A DNA stretch of 50,806 bases from Methanobacteriota archaeon. GTDB lineage: Archaea; Thermoplasmatota; Poseidoniia; Poseidoniales; Poseidoniaceae. Numbering within the stretch: the first letter of the stretch is position 1; the number at the start of each line of letters is the position of its first letter. The stretch covers positions 1 through 50,806 of the forward strand of contig PAZU01000006.1 in NCBI GenBank assembly GCA_002715725.1, written 5' to 3'. This document shows positions 28,421-41,400 of this stretch, piece by piece. The translations under genes and the position numbers were made by a program. The notes under the pieces were generated by a model, which worked only from the letters and a program-made list of their open reading frames with translations, was not told the origin of the DNA and ran no database searches.

Positions 28421-29848
28421 ATGGACATCAAATCTACAACTGGCAAGTTGCTAAAAGGCGACATTTCAGGGGTTGTATCTGACGTAAAATCTCAAATTAA
28501 ACGCTCTTTGAGTCTAATCGGAGTTATCATCGTTACAGTTGCAGCAAGCATTGGCGCTGGACTGTTTGTGTTGCCATCATTTGCTGTAGCAATAATGGGG
28601 CCAGGTATTTGGTTGGCCTTCTTGATTGCAGGAATTGTGTTCCTGCCCGGTGCGCTTTCTAAATCAGAATTGTCCTCGGCTATGCCGGTCAATGGCGGTG
28701 CTTATGTCTATGTTGAGCGTTCATTCGGTCCATTGGTTGGAACAATTAGTGGGCTGGGGCTATGGGCCTCCTTTTTGCTGAAATCTGCTTTCGCATTGAT
28801 TGGTTTTTCAGCATATATGTACGCGGTAACAAACTATCTCGACATTTCAACCAATACAACTCTTGTAATTATGGCAGCGCTAGTTCTAATTACTGTTCTG
28901 AACATTTTTGGAATCAAAAAAGTGAAGGCATTTCAAACACCAATTCTAGCGCTTACAACCGCTGTAATCCTAATCATTTGTTTGATTCAATTATTCGATG
29001 CGAACATCGATTTTTCTCGTCCGATTGATGGTGCATTCGATGTATCGAGAAATGACCCGATTTTGGTAGCCGAATCTGCGGCATTAGTCTTTGTTGCATA
29101 TGCAGGCATATACAAGGCTGGAGCCATTGGTGGAGAAGTTAAGGAACCAGAAAAGAACCTGCCTAAGGGCATGTTAATCTCTCTCTTACTGATTACTCTT
29201 CTCTATGTGATTATTACTTTCATCATGATGGCATCGGTTGATGTTGAAACTATGCTTAATTCTGATGGTTCAGCTAGGGAAGATCCGATTTTTGCTTTTG
29301 TCGATGTAATAGCATCTACTAATATTGGGTTAATGGTGGCATTATTAGCTGTTCTAACCATGGTCTCAGGTGCTTTATCTGGACTATTGGCAGCATCTCG
29401 TTTCCTGTTTGGGATGGCAAAGGACAGTTTGTTGCCAGGAACCTTAGGAGAAACAAACAACAAATTTGGAACTCCTCACTGGGCGATAATTATTACAGGT
29501 ATTACTATGGCAATTTCCATAATTACACTCCCTGTAAAGGATGTAGCCAAATTAGCATCCGGTTTCCAAATAATGGTTATTGTTGCATTGAATATCAGTG
29601 TGGTTATTTTACGAAGTGAAAATCCAAAACACGATTGGTACAAACCTACTTTCAAATCTCCACTGTTCCCATGGGTTCAGATTATTGGTACAGTTATAGG
29701 TGGTTACTTGGTATTCATCATGGGAGAGAAAGCGATTATTGGAGCAGTTGCAGCCATCGTAATTGGTGTCGCTACTTACTACATATATGGCAAAAAGAAT
29801 CACCAACTAAAACAATCAATGAGCGTTTCTTCTAATGAAGAAGAATGA
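28421..29848 (+). CDS. APC family amino acid permease
   Basis: About 12 TM segments; SIGAGLFVLP, ELSSAMPVNGGAYVY, GEVKEPEKNLP, ASRFLFGMAKD motifs. Confidence 0.9.
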   Translation: MDIKSTTGKLLKGDISGVVSDVKSQIKRSLSLIGVIIVTVAASIGAGLFVLPSFAVAIMGPGIWLAFLIAGIVFLPGALSKSELSSAMPVNGGAYVYVERSFGPLVGTISGLGLWASFLLKSAFALIGFSAYMYAVTNYLDISTNTTLVIMAALVLITVLNIFGIKKVKAFQTPILALTTAVILIICLIQLFDANIDFSRPIDGAFDVSRNDPILVAESAALVFVAYAGIYKAGAIGGEVKEPEKNLPKGMLISLLLITLLYVIITFIMMASVDVETMLNSDGSAREDPIFAFVDVIASTNIGLMVALLAVLTMVSGALSGLLAASRFLFGMAKDSLLPGTLGETNNKFGTPHWAIIITGITMAISIITLPVKDVAKLASGFQIMVIVALNISVVILRSENPKHDWYKPTFKSPLFPWVQIIGTVIGGYLVFIMGEKAIIGAVAAIVIGVATYYIYGKKNHQLKQSMSVSSNEEE

Positions 29849-32437
29849 CTATGACATTCTAGTCCATTCACCAGATTCACTAACTAGCCAAGATGTTAAT
29901 TGTCCATCCGAGTCAATATACCATCCTGTCTTTCCTTGTTCAGTACCAGGAGCGGCTTGCATTACTCCTGTTCTCTTTGCTTCAGCAGCTAATCTTGCTC
30001 GCAAATCCTCCTTAGATTCAGATGGCTGTTCTTCTGTTGTTTCTGCAACTACAGGTACAGGTTCACTCTTCACTTCAGGTTCTTCAATGATTTCTTCCTG
30101 ATGGGTTTCTTCTGCAATTGAATCTTCTTCTTCGTATTCTTCATACTCATCTTCCCAGTAATCAACATCATCTTGATCACCTTTCAATCTGCGAATTAAT
30201 ACTACCATTATGGCAATGAAAAGGAATACGATAATCGAGACCATTGTTAAGGCGGTATTTGAGTCACCAAGACCCCCACCAAACAATACTGCATCAACAT
30301 CGAAGAAACGTTGTGCAACTAAGTCATCCCAGTAAGCATTGCATGATTGAGACTGCCCTGATTGGTCGATTGATACCTCATATGTGTCTCCTGCTAAGTG
30401 CGTGGCAGGTCCAGTAGTACACTTGATTGTGACATCCGCAGGTGGAACTTCTATCCTATTTCCGGCTTGGTCAATTGCATGAATTCTGATAATCATGCTA
30501 CTACCTTCTTCTGGGTTTTGCTCCGGAATATCTGCAAGTAGTCGAACTGCTTGGCCTGGCGAAACAACCACAGCAATGTCTTGTGTTGCAGAACCAGTTG
30601 TTAATCGCAAGTTCCATTCCCCTGCCTCTCCTCCTGTTACAACCCAGTATCCATCTCCCTTCGAAGATGGAGAAACAACACCTTGTGGGTCTTCAAACTC
30701 AAATGTAATATCGGATGCTAAAGCGACATTTCCATGAACATCTAATGTAGAGATTTTGATCTCAACATTTTCGGCACTAGCTACTTCTATTCCATCATCA
30801 AAATCAGTAGAAATATGTCTCGCAGTACCTGCAATAACTTCAACATCTGTAATTGCGAAAACTCCTTGTGACATCGCTCGGATTTCGTGCATTCCGATAC
30901 TTGATGGAGCCCAACGGTCACCTGCAAGGCGAATTTCCATAGTCATATCAATATCATCAATGACCCAAGTAACCAATACTTCGTCGATGACATTACCATA
31001 TTCATCTTCGAAAATCGGTTGAAGTTCTAAAACTCCGTCCGAGGGCACCCTTGTACCGCTTTCTGGCAGAACGATTCTTGCTAATTCTCCAGATGTTACA
31101 TGGACAATAGATTCAACTTCATGAACAAGTTGCGTTTCATTGTCAAACCAGGTGGCAGAGATTGTGAAATTGCCTATGGGGCCTGGTCTGAGTTCCATCC
31201 AATCGCCTTGGTCAACAGCAGATAATTCACTAGGAATTGTCCAAGCACCGTCAACAGCACGTTGATTTCCAGCAGCATCGTAAGCTGAGATAGATGCAAC
31301 AACTAATTCTCCGGATTTTAGCACATTTTCGGATAACAAAATCTCGATTCCAGTAACTTCACCTTGAATGACATTGACTTGCATTGTTGCAGAGAATCCT
31401 TGGTCATTAACTCCAATTGTCCAATCACCAATCTTGGATGGAATCCAAACTACTGAATCACCCTCCATTGAAAGAGAGCCAGTTGGAACCGTCCAGTTTG
31501 CGAGAGGGAGTACGACTTCACCTGAATTCCCAAGAACATCAGTTCGAATCGCTGACAGTGTCACAGGAGAACCGGTTCGTGCTTGAGTAACATCCATTTC
31601 GATATCCAGCCCAGTCGCTTGTGCTGGCAAAACGCGAATCACTCCACTGCCGAATGCTCCCGATGTACTGTTTACGCTGATATTCCACACTCCCGGTGCT
31701 CCTCCAAAGTAAATCCCCGATGGCGAAATTGAACCATTTTCAGAATTCCATGTCAATTCTCCAGCTTTCGATATTCCCACTTCATTGCCTCTAGCATCTT
31801 TGGCAACAGGGATAATGTGTATGGTGTTGCCACTTTGTACAGTTAGGCCAAATGGTATTTCTAGGGAAGTTGGATTGCCCGGGACTACATTGAATACTAC
31901 CTGAATTTCCAATTCAAGATAGATTATTCTCATCACAGCACTACCAACTTCATCGGGTTTCCATGTCATGTTGTCATAGTCGATTTCTCCGTTTTGACAT
32001 CTCCATGTTAAATCACCAGATACAGGATTGCCTGCCCGATCTACTAAAGTTGCGTTAAGAGATATTGTATCATCAATACTCACTTCTGTTAGATTAAATC
32101 CAGATTGAATTCCGACTGGCCAGCCTGCAGTTACTTGAACATTAGTCGTTGAATTGACAGTTCCACTAGTTGCAGTGATAATTGTTTGACCAACCATGCC
32201 TGGAGTAAATAGGCCATCAGAATCGATAGTTCCAGAACTTGCAGACCAAGTTATTTGTTCGTTGATTGGGTTACCTGAGTTGTCTTTGACCACAGCTGTA
32301 AATCTGATGGCTTGATCAGCACTCACAGTTTGTTGATGCGAATCTATGTCAATACTTGCAGGGCTAGATGCCAAAACCGGTGATGAAATTTGAACAAGCA
32401 ACAGGGTGACCAGTAAGGAAAGAATTGCCTTTCTCAC
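29849..32437 (-). CDS. Single-pass surface protein built of tandem Ig-like repeats with an acidic, Trp-containing tail
   Basis: Signal peptide; repeated Dxx(G)N units (DRAGN, DARGN, DVLGN, DAAGN, DEYGN, DVHGN, DQAGN); TM MVSIIVFLFIAIMVVLI-RR. Confidence 0.75.
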   Translation of the reverse strand: MRKAILSLLVTLLLVQISSPVLASSPASIDIDSHQQTVSADQAIRFTAVVKDNSGNPINEQITWSASSGTIDSDGLFTPGMVGQTIITATSGTVNSTTNVQVTAGWPVGIQSGFNLTEVSIDDTISLNATLVDRAGNPVSGDLTWRCQNGEIDYDNMTWKPDEVGSAVMRIIYLELEIQVVFNVVPGNPTSLEIPFGLTVQSGNTIHIIPVAKDARGNEVGISKAGELTWNSENGSISPSGIYFGGAPGVWNISVNSTSGAFGSGVIRVLPAQATGLDIEMDVTQARTGSPVTLSAIRTDVLGNSGEVVLPLANWTVPTGSLSMEGDSVVWIPSKIGDWTIGVNDQGFSATMQVNVIQGEVTGIEILLSENVLKSGELVVASISAYDAAGNQRAVDGAWTIPSELSAVDQGDWMELRPGPIGNFTISATWFDNETQLVHEVESIVHVTSGELARIVLPESGTRVPSDGVLELQPIFEDEYGNVIDEVLVTWVIDDIDMTMEIRLAGDRWAPSSIGMHEIRAMSQGVFAITDVEVIAGTARHISTDFDDGIEVASAENVEIKISTLDVHGNVALASDITFEFEDPQGVVSPSSKGDGYWVVTGGEAGEWNLRLTTGSATQDIAVVVSPGQAVRLLADIPEQNPEEGSSMIIRIHAIDQAGNRIEVPPADVTIKCTTGPATHLAGDTYEVSIDQSGQSQSCNAYWDDLVAQRFFDVDAVLFGGGLGDSNTALTMVSIIVFLFIAIMVVLIRRLKGDQDDVDYWEDEYEEYEEEDSIAEETHQEEIIEEPEVKSEPVPVVAETTEEQPSESKEDLRARLAAEAKRTGVMQAAPGTEQGKTGWYIDSDGQLTSWLVSESGEWTRMS

Positions 32438-32484
32438 AAAAATCCCCTTTATCCCATTAGTCTCTACCGTTGTTTAGGTTTCGA

Positions 32485-35400
32485 TTAGTCTGCCCATTCG
32501 CTCCATTCAGTAGTGCCAGGGTCGCGGTACCACCATGTACCATTTTCATCCTCGCCCCACTCAACATCTTCTTCATCAAGTCGGTAATCTGTCATCCAAT
32601 CTTCGCGACCACGCTCTACCAATGGAGGTCCAGATGGTCCTGCAGCAGCAGGAGGCTGTTCTTCTTCCTCTTCGTATTGATAATCATCATCGTCGTCATC
32701 ATCATCGTAATCAGACCCTCCAGAACGAAGTACCATTACTATGACAACCAGTAATACAATCACTACAAGAATTGCGAGAATTCCACCAGCATAGTACAGG
32801 GTTCCTCCTGCCTCAAAGAATCCCATGAAGGTGCCTTCGACCACTATTGTGTCAGAGACTTCCTTGTTGTGAACAGATATGGTTACAGTTTGTTCTTCTG
32901 CATCAAGTGTAGTTATTGTCCACTTACCATTTTCTGTTAACTCAGCAGACATCCTACCTGTTAACTTGACTTGAGTTTCAGGTGGTACAGGGATTTCATT
33001 CTCCCAAGCATCGAATGTTCTAACCTCGATATTGAATGTCTCCAACTGCAGTACCGAATCATCGACAATAGTCAACTCTATTCTGTTCACAGTTTGATGA
33101 GCGACAACGGTTACTGTCCAAGTATCTTCAGCACCACTCGGTGAGCGGAACTTGAAGGAATGCTCACCTGCTGTTGTCGCACTCCAGTTGTATTCTCCTC
33201 CTGATCCTTCGATTGTAGAGGCTGGAACGGCCTTATTGTCCTGAGTCCATAGAACGCTCTCAAGGAATGTATTTCCATCAGCATCGGTTCCCGTGATAGT
33301 TAGATCGTACACATCTCCGGCCTTCGCAGTATTTGCGATAACACCAATTTCAACAGTTACAGCATCTCCATGTTCTACTGAAATAGTAACTGTCTCGGAG
33401 ATATTGTATCCGCTACTTGATATCGCCCAAGCCGTGATTGACCAGTTCCCAACAGCAGTTGCTTCCCATACACCAGCATTGCCTACGATTATCGAGGTAA
33501 TGTCCGAGGTTTCTCCGGAATCAAGATTCTCTAATGTATAGGAGACTATGGATGAATCGATTATATTTCCATCACTATCTGTCAATTGTGGAAGGAACTG
33601 CAAACTGTTGTCTGCATCTATATTCTGATTCAAACTCACAGGTTGAATCAGTGAAACGCTCACTAAATCACCATTGTCAACAGATATGTCTAGAGTAACT
33701 TCGATCGTGACATTAGCATCGTTGTAAGTAGCACGTAGTGTGTAGAATGTATCAGATGCAAATATTGGAACAAACATTGTTGTTGAACCGTATGTCATTT
33801 CTTGCAGCACACTTTGGTCAGTGAACTGATTATGCTCAATAGTCCATGCAACATTCTCAGTCCATCTGTTACCATCAGAATCGACAGCCTTGACCTTGAT
33901 TGTGATTTCATCATCAGCTGTAATCTCTTGAAGTGAACCGGTTGAATCTACAGAATCAATTACAAGAACTAGTCCGGTAATCGCACCTTCACTAACTTGT
34001 ACAACGACGCTGCTCTCCATTCCAGCATAACTTGCAGTTAGGGTCTTTGAACCACGTCTTTGTGCATGCCATTCTGCAGGCTGCCCTGCAGTTATCATTC
34101 CATCACTAATAGTCCAATTCTCATGAGGTATCACCACAGATAGTCGGTTACCCATGATATCGATTCTAGTCGTATTTAGCCAGACAATATCATCTGCAGT
34201 AACAAATGTCTCCGATGCGTTCACCTCTAGACTCATCATTTCCCCATGGGTAATCTGAATTGGAATTTCATGGTAAATTCCACCGGTCGAGGTCATGTTG
34301 ATGACATAGTTTCCAACAGTCATTGCGAAGAATGTCCCATTGGATTCAGTAAATACTCCACCGCCTACGGTCCAAGAAATCCCTCCACCTACTTCGAGGT
34401 TGAGCATATTTCCAAACTGGTCGTGTAATGTCCAATTCAGTTGACAAGTTTCTCCAGCGTGAATTATATCCTCGCAACCTGTTGTTTCATAGTAAACCGG
34501 TAAGCCGCCGACTACAGTGATTGTTACATCGATAGTCTGAGTCCCCCAGCCGACAGTTACAGTTTGTACACCAGAATTGTACGGTGCGAAGACTTTGACC
34601 TGTTGCATTGAACCATTTGTCACTTGGTAAGTGATTAGTTCTCCTCCGACCTCGTTACCATGTTGATCCTCAACATGGGCAAAAATCGTGAAGTATTCAT
34701 CTGCAGTAATTGTAGTGGAAGTGTCCTCAACTACTAGAGTCATAGGTGCACCAGGGGTTACAGTGATTGATTCAGTAGTACAAATAACTCCGAAACATGC
34801 AGTCACATCGTGAGTTCCTACAAACTGAGGAGTGAACATTCCAGTAGAGTTAATGCTACCGTCACTAACTGACCAAACTACATCTTCAGCTACCATTCCT
34901 CCCAACGCATCGTTTAGAATGTGTGAGAATTGTACTTGTGTATCTGCATCAGTGGTAGAACCGGATGGTGAGATAGATACAGAATGAACATCTGTATAAT
35001 TGATCATAATCTTTGGTCTTTCATCCAATGAGTTTTCGCTGGAATAGAATTCAACCCATGAAGGTGAACCTGCAGGAGTACTTGCAATAACAATCCAAGC
35101 ATGGTCTCCATCCATCTGCATACTAGCATAACCAATATCTAACCAAACTTCAGTGGTTCCAGAATTAATTGTGACACTCGAGATTGGTGTTGAATCATAT
35201 TCTACACCAGCTGCCATACCGCCTGCACTCCATGGAATACCTGCTTCAGAGTTATTCCATGTAGAACCTGCTTGAGACCAAGCGTTAGTCAGTAATCTGT
35301 GAACGCTTAATGTCATGGTTCCTGCTGCAGCAGATTCGACTTGCAAATTGATTGAAGCCGAATGAATCTTAGCTGCCATAGGTAGAGGAATCTGGCTGTT

Positions 35401-38400
35401 ATCAAGAGCAAATATCATCCTACATTCAGTATTTGCTCCTTCACAATTGGTACCAACCAACATTGATTCAGAACCGTGGTTCATGTTAACAAATCCGCTG
35501 CCAATGTAAGAATCTCTGATGTTGGTGTGTCCTAAATCTGCGACTTCATTTCCGGTTTGGAATGTATATGTCCATGTGTGGTCATTGTTGTATGAGTGGT
35601 CTACAGGACTGCCAATAGCAAACGCTCTGCGGCTTGATGAAGGCCCAGGAATTGAACCGTTAATCGCTTGAACCCACCATGTGTAAACTTCTCCAGCGGT
35701 AAGGTCTTGACTAAATGTAAACGTGGTTCCGTTTATCTCAGTATCTTCCCATGATTTGTATTTCATTTCACCGTTAGTATCTGCAATTGTTACAACGTAA
35801 CCAGTTGCATCGGATACATTGTTCCATGTCAACTGAGGTTTGTCAAGGGATTCTAACTCCCATGTGCTTGTATTGTACAGGATATCTCCATCTCCGGGAT
35901 AGGTTAGAGTTGGTTGTCCCGGAGGGATAACTCCGTCAACATTGTCAACATAATCCAAAACAAGTTTTGGTCTGTATTGGCTGTGGAAGTTATCGTGGAA
36001 TGAATGTCCAGAACTTGGAGTTCCTACCGATTGCAGCATGATAGTTAGAGTGTCATTTCCGTTAGCAGCATTGGATTGTGCTAGTGAAGTAATGTCCCAT
36101 ATTTGCCAACCATTTGTTGGTGTTACTAACATCGTTGAACGAGTAACTTCACTCGAAGAGCAGGTTGGTGCAGTGTTCCATGTCACTGTATCTTCTGCAA
36201 ATGTATCACAAGCATGTGCACTGACAGTCAGAGAAGATGTGCCCGTTACATTGTGTCTGTAAAGCGACAATAATGCGTTTGTAGGCGTCATAGCAGTAGG
36301 GAATGGTAATTCGGATAGGTCGAAAGTTAGGTAAATCTTTGATTCTCCTGAGCCACCTGAAGAGATTCCCAAATCCAATTGTCCATTTTCGCCAAGTGCA
36401 GAATTAGCTCTATTGGAATCAATTGTAGCATCAGGAACGCCAGGCAAATCACCAGTGTCCTCAAACACTGAGCCTTGATACAAAGTTACAGTATTGTTTC
36501 CAGCGCCATCATCACTTCCAATTTCACCAGGTACTCTGAAAGAACTGACTGGAGACCATTTGCCGAGCCGATGGTCTTGGTCAGCTCTTACTCTCCAATA
36601 AAGCCAGTAATCTCCAGTAATGTTATTTTCAATTGTGTAGGCCAAGTTGGAAAGATCCCATATTCCGTCGAATGTACCGTTATCGGTGAAATCGTACAGG
36701 AAAGTCCGGTTTTCAATTGTGAAAGATGATTCTGTAGAGTATTCCATTATCCAACGTGTTTCGTTGTTTACAGATGAACTCCAGTTCATTGTAGTAATAT
36801 CTGCGCCACGAGGTCTTGAAGCAGTCTCATTCCAAATGGTCTCGCCATCTAGAGGATACAGGTTTGTTGGTTTAGATGGGAGCCACTGTGTTCCCGTTCT
36901 CCATTCTAGACTTAATTCAGGCCTTTTTGTCTCGTCAGATGTGTAGTCGCTACTAGCGAAATGCCATTCATCAGTTGTATCATTAATTATCCAGAATGCT
37001 AGATTTACTTTGTCAGTTCCATTTGCATGGGCATGTTGAACAGCGTAGGTGATATCAAAATCAACTGTGTAATCCTCATGATCCATACTTGTAATTTCGA
37101 ATGGTGTATCGCAACCTGAACTATGAGCCTGTTCAGTGTAAGCCGAATTGCCACCAGTAGGGCCGTTCCATGTTGCGCTCTCGTTCCATTCATCAAAAAT
37201 TTCGCACACTGCTATTCTTATGCTCTCCTGTCCATTCTCTCCACCGCTTAGTTTGTTTAATGTCAGTGTGGCAGAGATGAATTCATGTGATGCCGGAATA
37301 GGCATGCTTGACCAATTAACCATCACAAAGGAAACAGACCTGTAATTCAAGGAAGAAGATAGATTAGATCTACCCATCAATAGGCGCTGTGAAGATTCAT
37401 AGGCGGAATTTGTTGAACCTGAATCAATATATGTGTCCATGAAAATGGCTGGATATTCTAGGGCATCTACAATTTGTCCTTCTTGTAGAGAAATTTCTGC
37501 ATCTGTTGAATTGATGCTATTTCCAGTTGCTGCAGGAATGTGGAAGATTGTGTCTTGTCCTTTTGCTCCAAGAATGTCATCGGTAATAGGTTGAACAAAC
37601 CATTCGTATGATTCTCCAGTAGAGAGGTTGTCTGGAGATGTCCAAGCCAAATTAGTAAGATCCCATCCTTCAGAAGAATCACGACTGTCATAAACAGTCC
37701 AACCTGCTCTTTCATCGTTGTAATCTTCCCAGATGAAAATTCTCCAATCATCTACATTTGATGAGTTAGGATGGCTCCATGTGAAACTTGGTGTTGCTCC
37801 TGGTAGCAAAGCATGTGTGGAAGTGTCCCATATGATTTCATCAACTGTTGGGTTAGTATTTGTTCCAGCAACTTCAGGAGATGATGCATTTCCGCTGGAC
37901 CATGTTAGATTTAGCCATGGCCTTTCATTTGCCGTTCCATCAGTAGATGAGAAAATAGTTTGACCCTCGCCAATTGAACCCACTATCATCAGTGAAAGGT
38001 GGGTTTCACTATTTGCAAACGCATCTTGTACCAACTCAGTGACATCAAATTCCATCCAGTCAGCAGAAGCACCTTGTTGAACATCAGACATTCCACCTCG
38101 GTCGGATGTTCCCATCGCACCGGGGCTAGACCAATTGTTTACTCCGTCGTATGTTGTTCCGTTTGCACTAGTATTCCATGCAACTAGTGCAGGATGAATT
38201 GAAACTGCATTTCCTGTGTCAGAGCCGAATTGCGCATACATTTTCAGTACAGCATCGGAGATGTGTGCATTTTGCGGGTTGGGCAATTCGGTAAGTGGAA
38301 TCTTGATTAGAGCAGTCGCATTTTCACCGGCTGAACTAGTTCCGACCTTGAAAGTCGAAGACGACGATTGATCTGAAGTTGCTCCAACGCCAGAATCTGC

Positions 38401-41400
38401 AACCCACGTATCTATGAAATTAGGTAGATTTAGTGCTGGCATAGCTTGTCTGTGATGAAGTTCGACAGCAGCGGTATTAGAGTCAATACTCCAAGTGGTG
38501 ATGTCAGGAAGCAAGAAGTGGAATGGTTCTGACCAATTTCCAATTTGGTTTGTAGCACTGGTTGCTCTAACTCTCCAATACCAAGTATTGCCAGTTTCCA
38601 GTGTTGAGGTCATATCGAATGTTTGGTTGGTTATGTTGAAACCAGTATCTGTCCAACTTGTCGCCATTATCAAATCTGGAGAATTGAAAGTTGAAGTTGT
38701 ATCCATCTCGATGGACCAGCCACCAATGCTAACTCCTGCTGAAGATAAATTCCAAGATAACTGAGGCGAGGTTTCCGGTGCAGGATTTATTCCATTTTCA
38801 ACCGACCACGAGCCATTAAGTGGTGATTGAGGTACAGGTTCTGAAGGCAATGCATCGGAACCAGGAACATACACAAATGAAATCTCAGGCCTGTTAGCAG
38901 CATTCGCACTGTTTGGATAGAAGAGTGCATCTCTATCACCGCCAGAGCCGACTCCAATAATTCCCAGAATTAAATCCACAGAGCGATTTTCACGCATTGC
39001 ATTTTGTACAGCTAGAGTGATGTCCAACTCAACCCAATCCCCTGCAGAATAGGAGTTGCCCAACGATTCGGTATCCAATAGTCCTGCTCTTTCCCATCCT
39101 TTGGCTCCGCTGGTTCCCCAACTGTTTGTACCATCATAGGTTGACCATGTTGCGACTGATTCTGACCAGTTGTGTTGTCTGCTTTCCCATGCGCCCAGTG
39201 TTGGAGTTCCTGAAGGATAATCTGCTAATCTCATCTTGAGAGATGCAGTCTTTACAGCATAGCCACTTGGTAGTAGGTGGCTTGTGAGATCACAACCAAT
39301 CAAAATTGAAGTTTCAGAAGGGAAGGTATTGTATGAAACTTGCATTTCATCTTCGCCATTGTAGTTGTTACTTGCAGTACCGCTGTCGATGTAAGTATCC
39401 TCGCAACTCGGAGCATCTCCTGCGGTTGTAGCATTACCATGTGCTAGTCTCAAACGGTGCTCATCATCTTGCAAATATTCAGATTCTAATCCTGAAACTA
39501 GGAACGAAGATGTTGACCACCAAGAGTGGTGATGGGAACTAGAGTCCACTTGTGCGAGCCTCCAGTGATACATTACTCCATCTTGTAGGGAATCGTTCCC
39601 GGGCACAGACCAGTTTCCATCGGTTTCTGTGAACTCTGATGTTGTTGCAGTATTGAACGAGCGTACAATGTTTCTGTATTCTGAATCAGTAGCAACCTGC
39701 ATCAGCATGTCACCACTCCATGATATACTGCCATCCCAAGACAGTGTAGGCATTGTGTTTCCAGATAGATTGTCGCCGGAAAGATTCCACACTGGATAGC
39801 CATCCAAAGGTGAGACATGGCTAGGGCTTGCAGGCGGCCCATTACTCCCCCAATCGTAGGTGATTTCTAGGGAAGGCTGGTCACAGCCTGTAGCTTCTGT
39901 GCTGCAGAGATTGACGAACTTCGAAGAAGATTCTTCGATACCCCAGGTAGATGCAACCATCATCAATTCAATGGAATCAGATGTTGAAGTTGCGCTGGAA
40001 GATGCAGCATTATTGTCGTCGATCCACTTTTGGATTGCAGCGGTGAGGTTGACTTCAATAGTCGATGAAGATTGGTCGCCTTCGAATAGACCTACAGACA
40101 TTGATGGCATTCTTCCGCCATCATCCCAGTAGTATGTTCCATCGTACTTTCTCCAAGTTACACCTGTTTCAGTCCAGTCTTCTCCATCCATGATGTGGAA
40201 ACTGACAACTGGAGACCCACTGAATGAGAGTCGTTCTAGTGACAATATTGCAGAAACTATCGATGAGTTGTCGTGCATACCGATGTCATCGAGGTTTATT
40301 CTTAGCAATCCATATTGGTCTGTTGAAGACGATGAGCCGACAGTAATGTTTCCATCACTGCCCATGTTTGTATTCTTAGCAACGTTACTTGAATCGATAA
40401 ATGAATCTTCGATTGTTTTCTCAACCAATCCTAAATCGTCGAAACTGAATGAGAACTGGCCATAACCGTCTACAAGAGATACAGAATGGCCAGGTAGATG
40501 GAAATTACCAGTGTTCCAAGCCCCAATAGTTCCTGCGGAATCAATTGCTCTCATCCTGTAGTACATTGTGGTAGAGTTGGATAACTCATGTCCATTTGGA
40601 ACGACCATTGAACCTTCTCCAGCAGCAGTATTAATTGTGAACAAAGAAGAGTTGTCAATTGTGTTGTAATACCAAGCACTATCCGAATCAGATTTGAAGT
40701 CGATGTTGTTTGACAATTGTACCTGAGCATTGTTTCCAGACATGCTTACCCATGATAGTTCAGGATTTGTTGCCGCTTTCAGAAGGAATTCATCCTCATC
40801 CATTAATGCAGCACCATCATCGACGAAGTTAGGTGCCAGACTACCTCCATTGGAATGTGTTCCATTTTGATGGGTAATTGAGAGAGATGGTCTGCTGCTT
40901 GAATCTGTGGATTCAGACATGTGGCAAGTGTATTCGCTACCGGTAGCAGCCAAAATAATGTCAATAGAACCTCGGGAATTAATTACTGCGTCTTGAACAA
41001 TAGCGGTTACGTTGATTGTGAAAGTATTGTTTGCATATCCGTAAAATGGAGGCTCCCATGCGCCATGGTCAGAATCATCGTCTGCACCAGACAATCCCCA
41101 ATTTTGTCCATCATCTGGACTATTCCAAGTTACATTTGCTTCATCCCATGACGTTTTCAATCTAGATGAGAAAATATCGATAGTTCCAATTGTCAGAGGA
41201 TCGATACCGCAAGTCAACTCAAGTGTAGAATCGGTGACCATGTCACCGCTTGGAACCGAATTGTTGAACGAAATCAGAATACGTGATTCACCAGAAACAC
41301 CCAAGCCCAAGGTGGCGGTTTCATCACTTCCATAGTTCGAATTTGGATTCGAAGATTGGATTCCTGCATCCTTGCTAACATTGAATGAGGATGTTGTTTG

